Shown: in pieces, positions 51,001 through 58,509 of the stretch
How positions within the stretch are numbered: position 1 is the first letter of the stretch
Layout of the letters: every line of letters begins with the position of its first letter
Assembly (NCBI GenBank): GCA_963777505.1
Contig: CAVZQN010000004.1
Coordinates: 1,024,001 to 1,088,000 of the forward strand
Direction of reading: 5' to 3'
Source of the DNA: an uncultured bacterium
Lineage (GTDB): Bacteria > Acidobacteriota > HRBIN11 > JAKEFK01
Length of the DNA: 64,000 nt
Translations under genes and position numbers: made by a program
Notes under the pieces: model-generated
Database searches by the model: none
What the model was told of the DNA's origin: nothing
Seen by the model: only the letters and a program-made list of their open reading frames with translations

Positions 51001-51462
51001 ATTTCGAAGAAGCAACTGAATTAATTTATGCCGGCAGCGCGCATGCTGCGGATGTGCTGAAACCGTTTTTTCCAATAACGCAATCGCTTCAGGAATTTTG
51101 TTTGATTGTTCGTAAACTTCAGCAGCAATCAAAGCTGCATCCGGATTGTCCGGAGATTTTTCAAGACCTTTCCTGGCCTGTTCTTCAGCCTCACCATATT
51201 TTCCGGATCGAAGATAAACGAGGGCGAGATTTGCATAGCCAATCGGCTGATCTTGAGCGAGACGGATCAACTCACGGAATTCTTTTTCCGCTTCATCAAG
51301 CCGCATTTCTTCCAAATAGGCGAGCCCAAGATTTCTATGGCGAAAAACAGCTGAACTGTCTGCAGCGGGGGCGGTTTTTTCTTTTTTGAACCGTTGTATC
51401 AAAAGGTAGCCGGCTGCAAAGAGTGCAAGCAGCAAAATGAGCAGGATAAATTTTTGTCTCAT
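48013..51462 (-). CDS. Membrane-anchored TPR + FG-GAP + ASPIC/UnbV protein with an uncharacterised C-terminal domain
   Basis: N-terminal TM, TPRs (RNLGLAYLE, YANLALVY), DYDSDGDPD-type repeats, THFGLG...RVVWTNG, then a KGSCAFLYAWNG domain. Confidence 0.85.
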   Translation of the reverse strand: MRQKFILLILLLALFAAGYLLIQRFKKEKTAPAADSSAVFRHRNLGLAYLEEMRLDEAEKEFRELIRLAQDQPIGYANLALVYLRSGKYGEAEEQARKGLEKSPDNPDAALIAAEVYEQSNKIPEAIALLEKTVSAHPQHARCRHKLIQLLLRNSADSSKVLLQLETLSDQQPGNIAVQLQYLEILIRAGRTEDAIRLLQQLRQQLPELEETTNELIQNTLDALHKNPQEAVTLSVMLHNVLKPTAYYRAGITELKGPGAPFIGFPLLFFDPTFQKQVLASRSIPFSFEDSGVHLTAQGALALGDYDSDGDPDLFAGGRLFQNEKGKFSEVLKLGSEKPSTFSAFADYDNDGDLDLYQAGADFQMVHRNDRNGNWSNVTKTLGFPESIGSSKTLIFDFDQDGDLDFFKVGYGKNAAYRNNGDGTFTERSDPMGLAGENQHDGIFFDFDEDGDLDLIVSGEESIKLYSNLREGRFQDETSTALTGPKAAVVLAAGDDDNQGYLDVFAANGNESRFYRNQNEKLNAETSSSRGINLSANSRITKTAYADFDNDGYLDLLIAAPIPMLFRNTGGAKYEDQSSVLPKNLQAVEDWAISDIDSDGDLDVLMSDANGTRLLKNSGGNANRWLNINLKGLGTGSGKNNRFAIGASVEILTGELYQKRVVMEPFTHFGLGSYLTADVVRVVWTNGVPQNRILANANQTIVEEQILKGSCAFLYAWNGKQYEFVTDVLWRSALGMPLGIMGNSTTYAFADASREYVKISSRQLQPKDGKLSLRITEELWETPYLDEVTLVAVDHPGDSDIFVDEKFIPPPFPPLHIYKVTEKIVPRTAINDRGDDLLPYILNKDDSYTPNLIPAKFQGITSMHDLILDAGPTAKSDRLILFLNGWIFPSDASINTGLGQGKSERATAPYVEVLDQNGNWKQVASVGFPGGKDKTVVVDLSGKMDGGSKIRIRSSMEVYWDQIFFAETDQTSPITQTPLKAVSSDLHYRGFSKLYRKGLYGPHWFDYNSVRKEPLWRDLAGNYTKFGDVNSLLTDSDSKYVIFNAGDEIAVEFDATTLPKLPDGWTRDYLIYTVGWLKDGDLNTATSNTVEPLPFHGMTRYPYSEDENYPQDADHQEYLRKYNTRRVEHKLPRIDPNWSGQSQMQSQEP

Positions 51463-51511
51463 TGATGAACCTAAACTTTAGCATTGAGCTTTTGGAAAAG
51501 GAATGTGCATT

Positions 51512-51607
51512 AAGGCCCGGCCCTGCGGATATGGGGTGCGAGGGCCGGGCCTTTGTTTGTGAATTGAGGCTCGGCTTTCGAACCCCACCACCGCAAAGCC
51601 GAGCCTC
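51512..51607. repeat. Two inverted 42-nt hairpins with compensatory stem substitutions
   Basis: 51512-51553 AAGGCCCGGCCCT-GCGGATATGGGGTGCG-AGGGCCGGGCCTT; reverse complement of 51566-51607 is GAGGCTCGGCTTT-GCGGTGGTGGGGTTCG-AAAGCCGAGCCTC. Confidence 0.7.
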
Positions 51608-51652
51608 GACTAAGGTAGTCAAATACTCCTCAAAGGCCTAGTTTTTATAACG

Positions 51653-52240
51653 ATGAGATTTTGGTTTGCAATTTTGATCATTTGTCTTTTCCCAATAACG
51701 CTGCTGGCTGATGATACAGATGTCTGGAATCTTCATCTTTTTGGTGGTGGCGTTACATACTGCGATGAAGATGGATGTTTTGGTCCGACTGGTGTCGCTT
51801 TTGGTGGGACTTTCGGTAGAAGCATAAACGAGCGGCTGAGTCTTGAGGGCGAATTTACATATGCCTGTACGTGGGAAGATCTGGAACCGCAAATCGATCC
51901 CGTAACGGGCGCTTCATATATAACAGAGCTCGAACGAGAAAGGATTTGGTCCGGCGGATCTCTTTTGATTCGTTTAAGCGATCCAGAAGTTAGGTCTGAC
52001 TTTTATGCAATCATCGGTGCCGTCGGTGCGCACGAAGTACAAAAGAGAGTGCCACCAGAAGGAATTCCTGCACCTCCTGATGTCGATACCAGTATTCGTT
52101 TTGGAATTGCAACCGGGGTTGGTTACAACTGGTGGTTTGCGGAAAATTGGGGAATACGTCCTGAAGCCCGATTCTACTGGATTTTTCAGGATGATCTTTC
52201 AGCGTTGCGATACACTGCAGGCCTATTACGCAGATTTTAA
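51653..52240 (+). CDS. Outer membrane beta-barrel protein (8-strand type)
   Basis: Signal peptide; alternating beta-strands (LSLEGEFTY, GVGYNWWF, GIRPEARFY); C-terminal F. Confidence 0.75.
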   Translation: MRFWFAILIICLFPITLLADDTDVWNLHLFGGGVTYCDEDGCFGPTGVAFGGTFGRSINERLSLEGEFTYACTWEDLEPQIDPVTGASYITELERERIWSGGSLLIRLSDPEVRSDFYAIIGAVGAHEVQKRVPPEGIPAPPDVDTSIRFGIATGVGYNWWFAENWGIRPEARFYWIFQDDLSALRYTAGLLRRF

Positions 52241-52792
52241 CTATTGAATCGGCTCTGTTCGCCAGGTTCCTTGAATGATGTAAGTTGTATCTACGTATCC
52301 ACCTTGATTAAGATCCAAAGGTTCACAGGACCATGTACCGGAACCAATACCTGCTTCATTAACAAATCCATCAAAACTTGACATAGCGCGCCAAAAACGC
52401 CCATCGGCAGTTCTATTAATAGGAATCAAAAGATTCAATATTCCTGTTTGTGTCAACAACTGCGCTTGAACTTCTCCAAAGACATCTGCATGAAATGCGA
52501 ATCCCGCGCCAGTTTCATCAAGGATTCTACGGAACACCTCACCGCCATGAACACCTGCATAGTTTACAGACTGCTGACTCCGGCCGGTTTCATTTCTCAA
52601 TTCAAAGATCAAGTCGAGGCTGCAGTTAATAACAAATCCATCCGGTTGTGTACTTTCAGCTTCCCCTGTCAGTCTGAATTGTGTTGGTAAATTTTGAACG
52701 ATCTGGGGTGCGACAACTGAATCATTGTTGCATCCAGATAAGAAAACGGTTGATGCTAAAAGAAGAAGAATCAAGATGCGCGAAAAAATCAT
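52241..52792 (-). CDS. Hypothetical lipoprotein
   Basis: Hydrophobic leader ending in an LSGC lipobox. Confidence 0.7.
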   Translation of the reverse strand: MIFSRILILLLLASTVFLSGCNNDSVVAPQIVQNLPTQFRLTGEAESTQPDGFVINCSLDLIFELRNETGRSQQSVNYAGVHGGEVFRRILDETGAGFAFHADVFGEVQAQLLTQTGILNLLIPINRTADGRFWRAMSSFDGFVNEAGIGSGTWSCEPLDLNQGGYVDTTYIIQGTWRTEPIQ

Positions 52793-52910
52793 TGGCAACG
52801 TCCTTTTGTTTATTGGATACGAATCGTTGCCCGGGCAGCCAACGAACTTTAATCGTGCCGTACAACACAGAGTGCTGTCAAGACCAAATCCTCTGTTTCT
52901 CTGTGGTGAA

Positions 52911-53798
52911 TTAGTGCTCCGGAAAATAGAAGGCTTTTTGGAAGCGGACTTTCAGCTCTGGGTTTTTGGTTCGGATTTGAATTTCCGGCTTTTGATCCTT
53001 TGAGTAATCACTGGTGGATTGATAATACAAAGTAATCCGATGCGCGAGATCCGTTGCGATTTTTTCGTACGCAGCTTTTAATCTTGGAAAATCATCTTCC
53101 AAAACAAAATGAGTCCCACCGGTTTGTTCAGCCAATTTGTACATAACATATAAATCAGCTCCGCCTTTTTGAAGAATTAATGAATAGATCAAAGTCTTAT
53201 TCTGTTGAGCCGTTCGAATCACATCTGATAAATCGTACTTGCCCAAAGAGTTTACGCCATCAGAAATGAGGAATACGGCTCGTTGAGGGTGGGCCGATTG
53301 CTTCAACCTGTTGAGTCCCGACATCAAACCTTCATATAAACGTGTGCGCTCTCCATAACGTAGTGAAAGAAAATCAGGAGGAACTGCTTTTGAGGCAATT
53401 TGCATTTCATGAGTCATTTTGACTTTGTCATCAAACGTCATCACAAAAAATTCATCTTCAGGTTTCAATGAGCTTACAAAGTCTTTTGCAGCACGCCCGA
53501 TTCGAAGAAACTGCGATTGCATGCTGCTGCTCGTATCGACAATGATTCCGATTGAAAATGGCTGGCGTTGTAGTTCGAGATCCAAAACTTGTTGATTGAT
53601 TCCATTTTCAAAAACAAGAAAATCTTCGGGCGCTAAATCTGTATAAAAATTATTGGATCGATCAATGACTGATATCTGCAATTCAACGACTTGAACCTCA
53701 ACATCGTACTCAAGTTGCTTCGGTGTTGTTGCGACTTGCGAGGCGGGCAGGTTGTGGAAGCTGGCAAACAAAAGTGCAATTGTGATGAAGTACTTCAT
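52911..53798 (-). CDS. Exported VWA domain protein (acidobacterial type)
   Basis: DLAPEDFLVFENG, MIDAS DTSSS, TRLYE, ISDG, LAEQTGG. Confidence 0.87.
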   Translation of the reverse strand: MKYFITIALLFASFHNLPASQVATTPKQLEYDVEVQVVELQISVIDRSNNFYTDLAPEDFLVFENGINQQVLDLELQRQPFSIGIIVDTSSSMQSQFLRIGRAAKDFVSSLKPEDEFFVMTFDDKVKMTHEMQIASKAVPPDFLSLRYGERTRLYEGLMSGLNRLKQSAHPQRAVFLISDGVNSLGKYDLSDVIRTAQQNKTLIYSLILQKGGADLYVMYKLAEQTGGTHFVLEDDFPRLKAAYEKIATDLAHRITLYYQSTSDYSKDQKPEIQIRTKNPELKVRFQKAFYFPEH

Positions 53799-53868
53799 AC
53801 TACTGCCTTCTATACCTATTATTTAATCAGAAAACTAGAAATCTACTGCATTCTTGGAATATCCTCCT

Positions 53869-53919
53869 TGTTTCACATTGTGAAACATCGTTTCAATATT
53901 TTGAGGTGTATGTTAAGAT
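53869..53919 (+). promoter_or_regulatory. Palindromic operator TGTTTCACATTGTGAAACA, a weaker adjacent site, and an extended -10 (TGTTAAGAT)
   Basis: 9-1-9 perfect inverted repeat at 53869-53887; GTTTCAATATTTTGAG at 53890-53905; TGnTAAGAT at 53911-53919, upstream of the methyltransferase operon. Confidence 0.65.
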
Positions 53920-53970
53920 TTAGAGCACAACCACAAAGCTCGCGAAGCTTCGTGGTTTATAAAGGGGTCC

Positions 53971-55428
53971 ATGCGTCCAACTATCACTGTTTTAGAAAAG
54001 AATTTAATTGAGCAGATCATCGACCAGGCTTTCATCGTTCTGGAGAAGAGCGGTGTTCACATCGAAGATGAGCACGCGCTTAAGAAGCTTGAAAAAATAG
54101 GGCTTACTTCTGATAAAGAAACGAATCGTGTCACATTTCCCCGGAAGGTCGTTGAAAAAGCTATCTCGGATGCGCCATCTTCAATCACCTTGTATGATCG
54201 TGATGGCACTGAAGTAACAAAGCTTGAAGGGGACAATGTCCATTTTGTTCCAGCTTCATCCGCTTTGCGGATTTTGGATCGTAAGACTCAAAAGGTCAGA
54301 AATCCGAATACACCCGATTTCGTTGAATATGTAAAACTGGCTGATGGTTTGAAAAACATTGCTTATCTTTCCACGGCATTCATTCCGAAAGACATTCCGC
54401 AGGACATGGCTGATGCATGGCGTCTTTATCTTGTGCTTTCCCATTCGAAGCGTCCAATTGTTTCTGGCGCATTCACATCATATGGTGTGCCGCGAATGGG
54501 TGAGGTTATGGCGATGTTTCGGGATGGGAAGGAAGATTTAATTAAACGTCCGATGTCCATTTTTACATGTTGTCCGAATACACCATTGCGTTGGGGTGAA
54601 GATCCGATTGCAAACATTATGGATTGTGCAGAATGGGGAATTCCAATCGAAATTGTTCCCGTTCTGTTATTGGGAATGATTTCGCCGGCAACGACAATTG
54701 GTGCTCTTGTGCTTCACACAGCAGAAGTTCTTTCTGGTCTCACGATTGCTCAGATTGTTCGGCCAGGATCGCCCGTCGTTTTTGGCGGCGCTCCTGCATC
54801 ATTTCATATGCAGTTAATGACGAATCCGATGACGGCTGTTGAAGCTTTACAAATGTATTGCGGTTATGCGCAGGTTGCAAAACATTTGAAATTGCCATGC
54901 CAGGCTTACATGGCATTATCTGATTCAAAATTTAATGATCCGCAAGCAGGAATGGAAACAGGTGTCGGAGCATTCCTTGCAGCGTCTGCCGGATTCAATT
55001 CTATTTCAGGTCCGGGGATGCTGGATTACGTAAATTGTTTCAGCTTAGAAAAACTTGTTTTTGATGATGAAGTCGTCGCACATGCAAAACGTTTTGTGCG
55101 TCCGGTAGAAGTTCGAGATGATCTTCCTGCCGCCGATTTAATTGCTGAACTTGTTCGTGAAAAACATCTCTTAACTTCAGAACATACATTGCAGCACTGG
55201 CCTGAAGAATTGTATTTGCCTGGTCCGATGGTTGACCGCACAAATTGGGATCAATGGGAAGATCAAGGTTCGCGCGATTGGCGTAAACGTGCCAATGAAA
55301 TTATTGATGAATTATTAGCGGGATATGAAGTAGAACCGCTGGATGAAAAAATTCATAAGGAAATTCAAGATCTTTTCCATCGCACCTGTTCTGATAAAGA
55401 TGCGAAATTTCCTTCTTTCACGGAGTGA
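53971..55428 (+). CDS. Trimethylamine methyltransferase (MttB) superfamily protein, non-pyrrolysine
   Basis: AFIVLEKSGV, P.TT.GALV...AEVLSGL...Q..RPG.PV..GG, LSDSKFNDPQAGME, GPGMLD...FSLEKLV.D.E. No in-frame amber codon. Confidence 0.9.
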   Translation: MRPTITVLEKNLIEQIIDQAFIVLEKSGVHIEDEHALKKLEKIGLTSDKETNRVTFPRKVVEKAISDAPSSITLYDRDGTEVTKLEGDNVHFVPASSALRILDRKTQKVRNPNTPDFVEYVKLADGLKNIAYLSTAFIPKDIPQDMADAWRLYLVLSHSKRPIVSGAFTSYGVPRMGEVMAMFRDGKEDLIKRPMSIFTCCPNTPLRWGEDPIANIMDCAEWGIPIEIVPVLLLGMISPATTIGALVLHTAEVLSGLTIAQIVRPGSPVVFGGAPASFHMQLMTNPMTAVEALQMYCGYAQVAKHLKLPCQAYMALSDSKFNDPQAGMETGVGAFLAASAGFNSISGPGMLDYVNCFSLEKLVFDDEVVAHAKRFVRPVEVRDDLPAADLIAELVREKHLLTSEHTLQHWPEELYLPGPMVDRTNWDQWEDQGSRDWRKRANEIIDELLAGYEVEPLDEKIHKEIQDLFHRTCSDKDAKFPSFTE

Positions 55429-56108
55429 ATATGGTTGATTACGCTGTCATGAACCAATTGTTGTTTGAGGGAAAGCATGAACCCGTCAAAAAGATGACTG
55501 AAGATGCACTCGCGGAAGGTCGAACGCCTATGGAAGTTCTCGATGAGGGACTGATTGCGGGTATGCGTGTTGTCGGTGAAGACTTCAAACACAATCGTGT
55601 TTTCGTACCGGAAGTTCTTTTAGCAGCACGCGCAATGAAAGCTGGAATGGCTGTATTGAAGCCATTACTGATCGAACGGAATGATGATTCGAGTAAATCA
55701 TCGGCTGTCATCGTGATGGGTACAGTAAAAGGCGATCTTCATGACATTGGAAAGAATCTTGTGGGAATGATGGCTGAAGGCGCTGGATTTACGATCGTAG
55801 ATTTAGGAACAGATACTTCCGCTGAAAAATTTATTGCAGCAGTTCGTGAACACGGTGCGCGCATTATGGGCATGAGTGCTTTGTTAACAACAACGATGGT
55901 TTATATGCGGACAGTTGTTCAAAAAGTCCGTGAAACCGACCTGAATGTAAAAATTTGTATCGGGGGAGCGCCTACCAGTTCCGATTGGGCAACTGAAATC
56001 GGAGCCGACGGTTATGCGGCCGATGCATCCAGTGCAGTTGAATTATTCCACCGGTTAATCGCAGAACAGGATGCAGAGCAGGTTCAACAAAAAGTAGCCG
56101 CTTCGTGA
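55425..56108 (+). CDS. Cobalamin-binding corrinoid protein (MttC/MtbC-like)
   Basis: B12 cap (FVPEVLLAARAMKAG), GTVKGDLHDIGKNLV (DxHxxG), SALLTTT, IGGA. Confidence 0.93.
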   Translation: MNMVDYAVMNQLLFEGKHEPVKKMTEDALAEGRTPMEVLDEGLIAGMRVVGEDFKHNRVFVPEVLLAARAMKAGMAVLKPLLIERNDDSSKSSAVIVMGTVKGDLHDIGKNLVGMMAEGAGFTIVDLGTDTSAEKFIAAVREHGARIMGMSALLTTTMVYMRTVVQKVRETDLNVKICIGGAPTSSDWATEIGADGYAADASSAVELFHRLIAEQDAEQVQQKVAAS

Positions 56109-57757
56109 TCATGACTACCGCTCAACCGTCCCGAACTACCTCCAAAGTCACAATCGATGGAGTCGAAGGTACCGCCGAAGTTGGGACAACACTTTTTGAT
56201 TTCGCTGAATCGGTTGGCATCAATGTTCCTACCTCCTGCTTCAAACAGGGCAAATGTCGCGAATGTCTCGTTGAAGTCGAAGAAGGATCGGAATTATTAA
56301 GTCCTCCTGCTCCGCAAGAGAGTCATCTTGGAGGAAAATTCCGTCTTGCTTGCAGAACAACACTTGACGTTGCTGGTGAAGTTTTGTGCCACACGCTCAA
56401 GCGCGGCACACTCAGGATTGAAACAGAAACTCAAGGCTTGTCTGAACTAAATGACACGCTGGATCCGGCTGTTACTCGCGACGGTTCGCACATTCTCCTT
56501 GATGGAGAAATCATTTCCGATTCAGGCGGTCCGATTCACGGAATCGCAATCGATATTGGGACTACGACAGTAGCCTTGCGTCTTTACAATCTAGAGAGCG
56601 GACAACGTATCGCAACTCAGTCGTTTGAAAACCCGCAGCGATTCGGCGGATCCGATATCATGGCTCGCATCCGTTTTGATGGCGAACAGCGCGGAAAATT
56701 ATTACAACGCACTTTATTAGGATATCTTACCCGGGCAATCATGGATTTACCGGTCGATCCAAACACAATTTATGAAGCCGTTGTTGCCGGCAATCCAACA
56801 ATGCGTGATCTCTTTTTCGGATTGGATGTTCAAGGCATCGGCGTAATTCCTTATCGATCCACTACAGAAGTTGCTTTTCATGAAGGTCGTTCTGAAACTA
56901 CAAGCCTTACTTTAACCGGCAGACGGCTCAGGCTTCCGATTCATCCTGATGCGCGCGTTTATGGTTTGCCAATCATCGCAAGTCATGTCGGTTCAGATGC
57001 CGCTGCGTGCGTACTTGCAACAGGTCTTGCGCAACGTGAAGAGATTTGCGCAATTCTGGATATCGGAACGAACACAGAAGCTTTCATTGGTAATCGCGAT
57101 CATATTATGGCTGCATCTTGTCCGGCCGGTCCGGCTTTCGAAGGTGGCGGCGTGACATTTGGTATGTCAGCACTGGATGGTGCGATTGAGCGCATCCATA
57201 TAAATGAAGAAGGAATCGCTGAAATTCATGTAATCGGCGATGGAGTTCCTGCCGGAATTTGTGGTTCGGGTCTTGTCGATTTACTTTCTGAACTTCGACG
57301 AACAAATCGCATGAACGAACAGGGAAGATTTCTGGATGACATTTCAGCTTTTACTGTAAATCAGAAACCGGACCTGTTTTTGAGTGAATCCGATATTAAT
57401 GAACTCGCGCAAGCAAAAGGCGCCAATGCTGCAGGTCTTCGAGTTCTGGGTGAGAATTATGGTATTTCGATGGATCGGATCGATAAACTTTATCTTGCTG
57501 GCGGATTTTCACGCCACATCGATGTCGATGCAGCCTGCAGAATCGGACTCGTTCCTGATCTTCCGCGTGAACGCATTCAAAAAATAGGGAATGCTGCGTT
57601 GCATGGTGCATCGATTGCTCTGCTTTCACGAACAAAACGCAAAGAACTGGAACAGATTGTAAAGCGCATTGAGCATGTTCGGCTTGAAACGCATCCACGG
57701 TTTTTTGATTTTTTCGTTGAAGGATGTCAATTTGCACCTTTTGGTCATACTGCATGA
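56105..57757 (+). CDS. ASKHA-family ATP-dependent corrinoid reductive activator with N-terminal 2Fe-2S domain (RACo/RamA-like)
   Basis: C...GKCRECLV...RLAC, IDIGTTT, GNPTM, HVGSD, DIGTNTE, SCPAGPAFEG, GICGSG, LAGGF, GNAAL. Confidence 0.9.
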   Translation: MIMTTAQPSRTTSKVTIDGVEGTAEVGTTLFDFAESVGINVPTSCFKQGKCRECLVEVEEGSELLSPPAPQESHLGGKFRLACRTTLDVAGEVLCHTLKRGTLRIETETQGLSELNDTLDPAVTRDGSHILLDGEIISDSGGPIHGIAIDIGTTTVALRLYNLESGQRIATQSFENPQRFGGSDIMARIRFDGEQRGKLLQRTLLGYLTRAIMDLPVDPNTIYEAVVAGNPTMRDLFFGLDVQGIGVIPYRSTTEVAFHEGRSETTSLTLTGRRLRLPIHPDARVYGLPIIASHVGSDAAACVLATGLAQREEICAILDIGTNTEAFIGNRDHIMAASCPAGPAFEGGGVTFGMSALDGAIERIHINEEGIAEIHVIGDGVPAGICGSGLVDLLSELRRTNRMNEQGRFLDDISAFTVNQKPDLFLSESDINELAQAKGANAAGLRVLGENYGISMDRIDKLYLAGGFSRHIDVDAACRIGLVPDLPRERIQKIGNAALHGASIALLSRTKRKELEQIVKRIEHVRLETHPRFFDFFVEGCQFAPFGHTA

Positions 57758-58509
57758 TTCCATCAACATTTTATTCACTGAAAGGCGAAGAAATTACGGC
57801 TGCAATAAAACCCAAGGAATATTTGCGGCTGCTTGGTTTGCCTCGCAGCCATACTTTGGAAGGCGCAATGCTGGAACGTGCGCAAACTGCACGTTCCTGG
57901 TATATACGTTATGGAAAACCATTTGCAGCATCAAGAAGAGTTGATTTACAAAAAATAGATTCTCCGAAAGTTCAGCTTTCCAGCGGACACGAATTGAATA
58001 GCGCTGCTCTTGCGTATCGCTTAAACAATGGCGACGCTCATGCATTGATGATTATTGCAGCAAGTGCAGGACAAGAAGTCGCAAAAGAAGTTGCGCGGCT
58101 TTGGGCTGAAGGAAAACCGGATGAAGCATTTTTTCTAGATCGCTTAGCGGTTGCAGTTGCTGAACATTTAGTTTTTCATTCTGCAGGAGAACTTTGCCGC
58201 TCGAGTGAACCTGTCAATGAAACTTTAATGCCGCATCTTTCACCCGGTTGTGGGACCTGGGATCTTTCGGATCAACATAAACTGATGGAACTCCTGGCAG
58301 GATCTGACAGCGGTGAGCTGGGTCCATTGAAGATGTTGTCTTCAGGAGCTATTGAACCGCAGCATTCGGTACTTGCTGTGATGGGCGTTACGCATCGCAA
58401 TTTTGCCTTCACTCCTGAACATCTTTGCCGGAGTTGTGATCTGAGTCCTTGTGCATTTCGTAGAGCCCCATTCTCAAGCGAATTATTTCAATCGATGGAT
58501 ACACAATGA
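57754..58509 (+). CDS. Stand-alone methionine synthase activation-domain-like protein
   Basis: AFFLDRLAVAVAE, LSPGCGTWDLSDQ, MLSSGAIEPQHSVLAVMG, C-terminal CxxCxxxxCxFR; ATGA coupling to the upstream gene. Confidence 0.75.
   Translation: MIPSTFYSLKGEEITAAIKPKEYLRLLGLPRSHTLEGAMLERAQTARSWYIRYGKPFAASRRVDLQKIDSPKVQLSSGHELNSAALAYRLNNGDAHALMIIAASAGQEVAKEVARLWAEGKPDEAFFLDRLAVAVAEHLVFHSAGELCRSSEPVNETLMPHLSPGCGTWDLSDQHKLMELLAGSDSGELGPLKMLSSGAIEPQHSVLAVMGVTHRNFAFTPEHLCRSCDLSPCAFRRAPFSSELFQSMDTQ

Noticed and set aside
51512-51607. tRNA or SRP RNA
   Set aside because: No cloverleaf with D and T loops and no SRP domain IV motif; it is two simple inverted hairpins.
53869-53887. CRP/FNR site
   Set aside because: Half-sites are arranged TCACA-N1-TGTGA, the reverse of CRP's TGTGA-N6-TCACA.
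53971-55428. Pyrrolysine recoding in the MttB homolog
   Set aside because: The ORF is uninterrupted, with no in-frame TAG and no pyl genes in the window.
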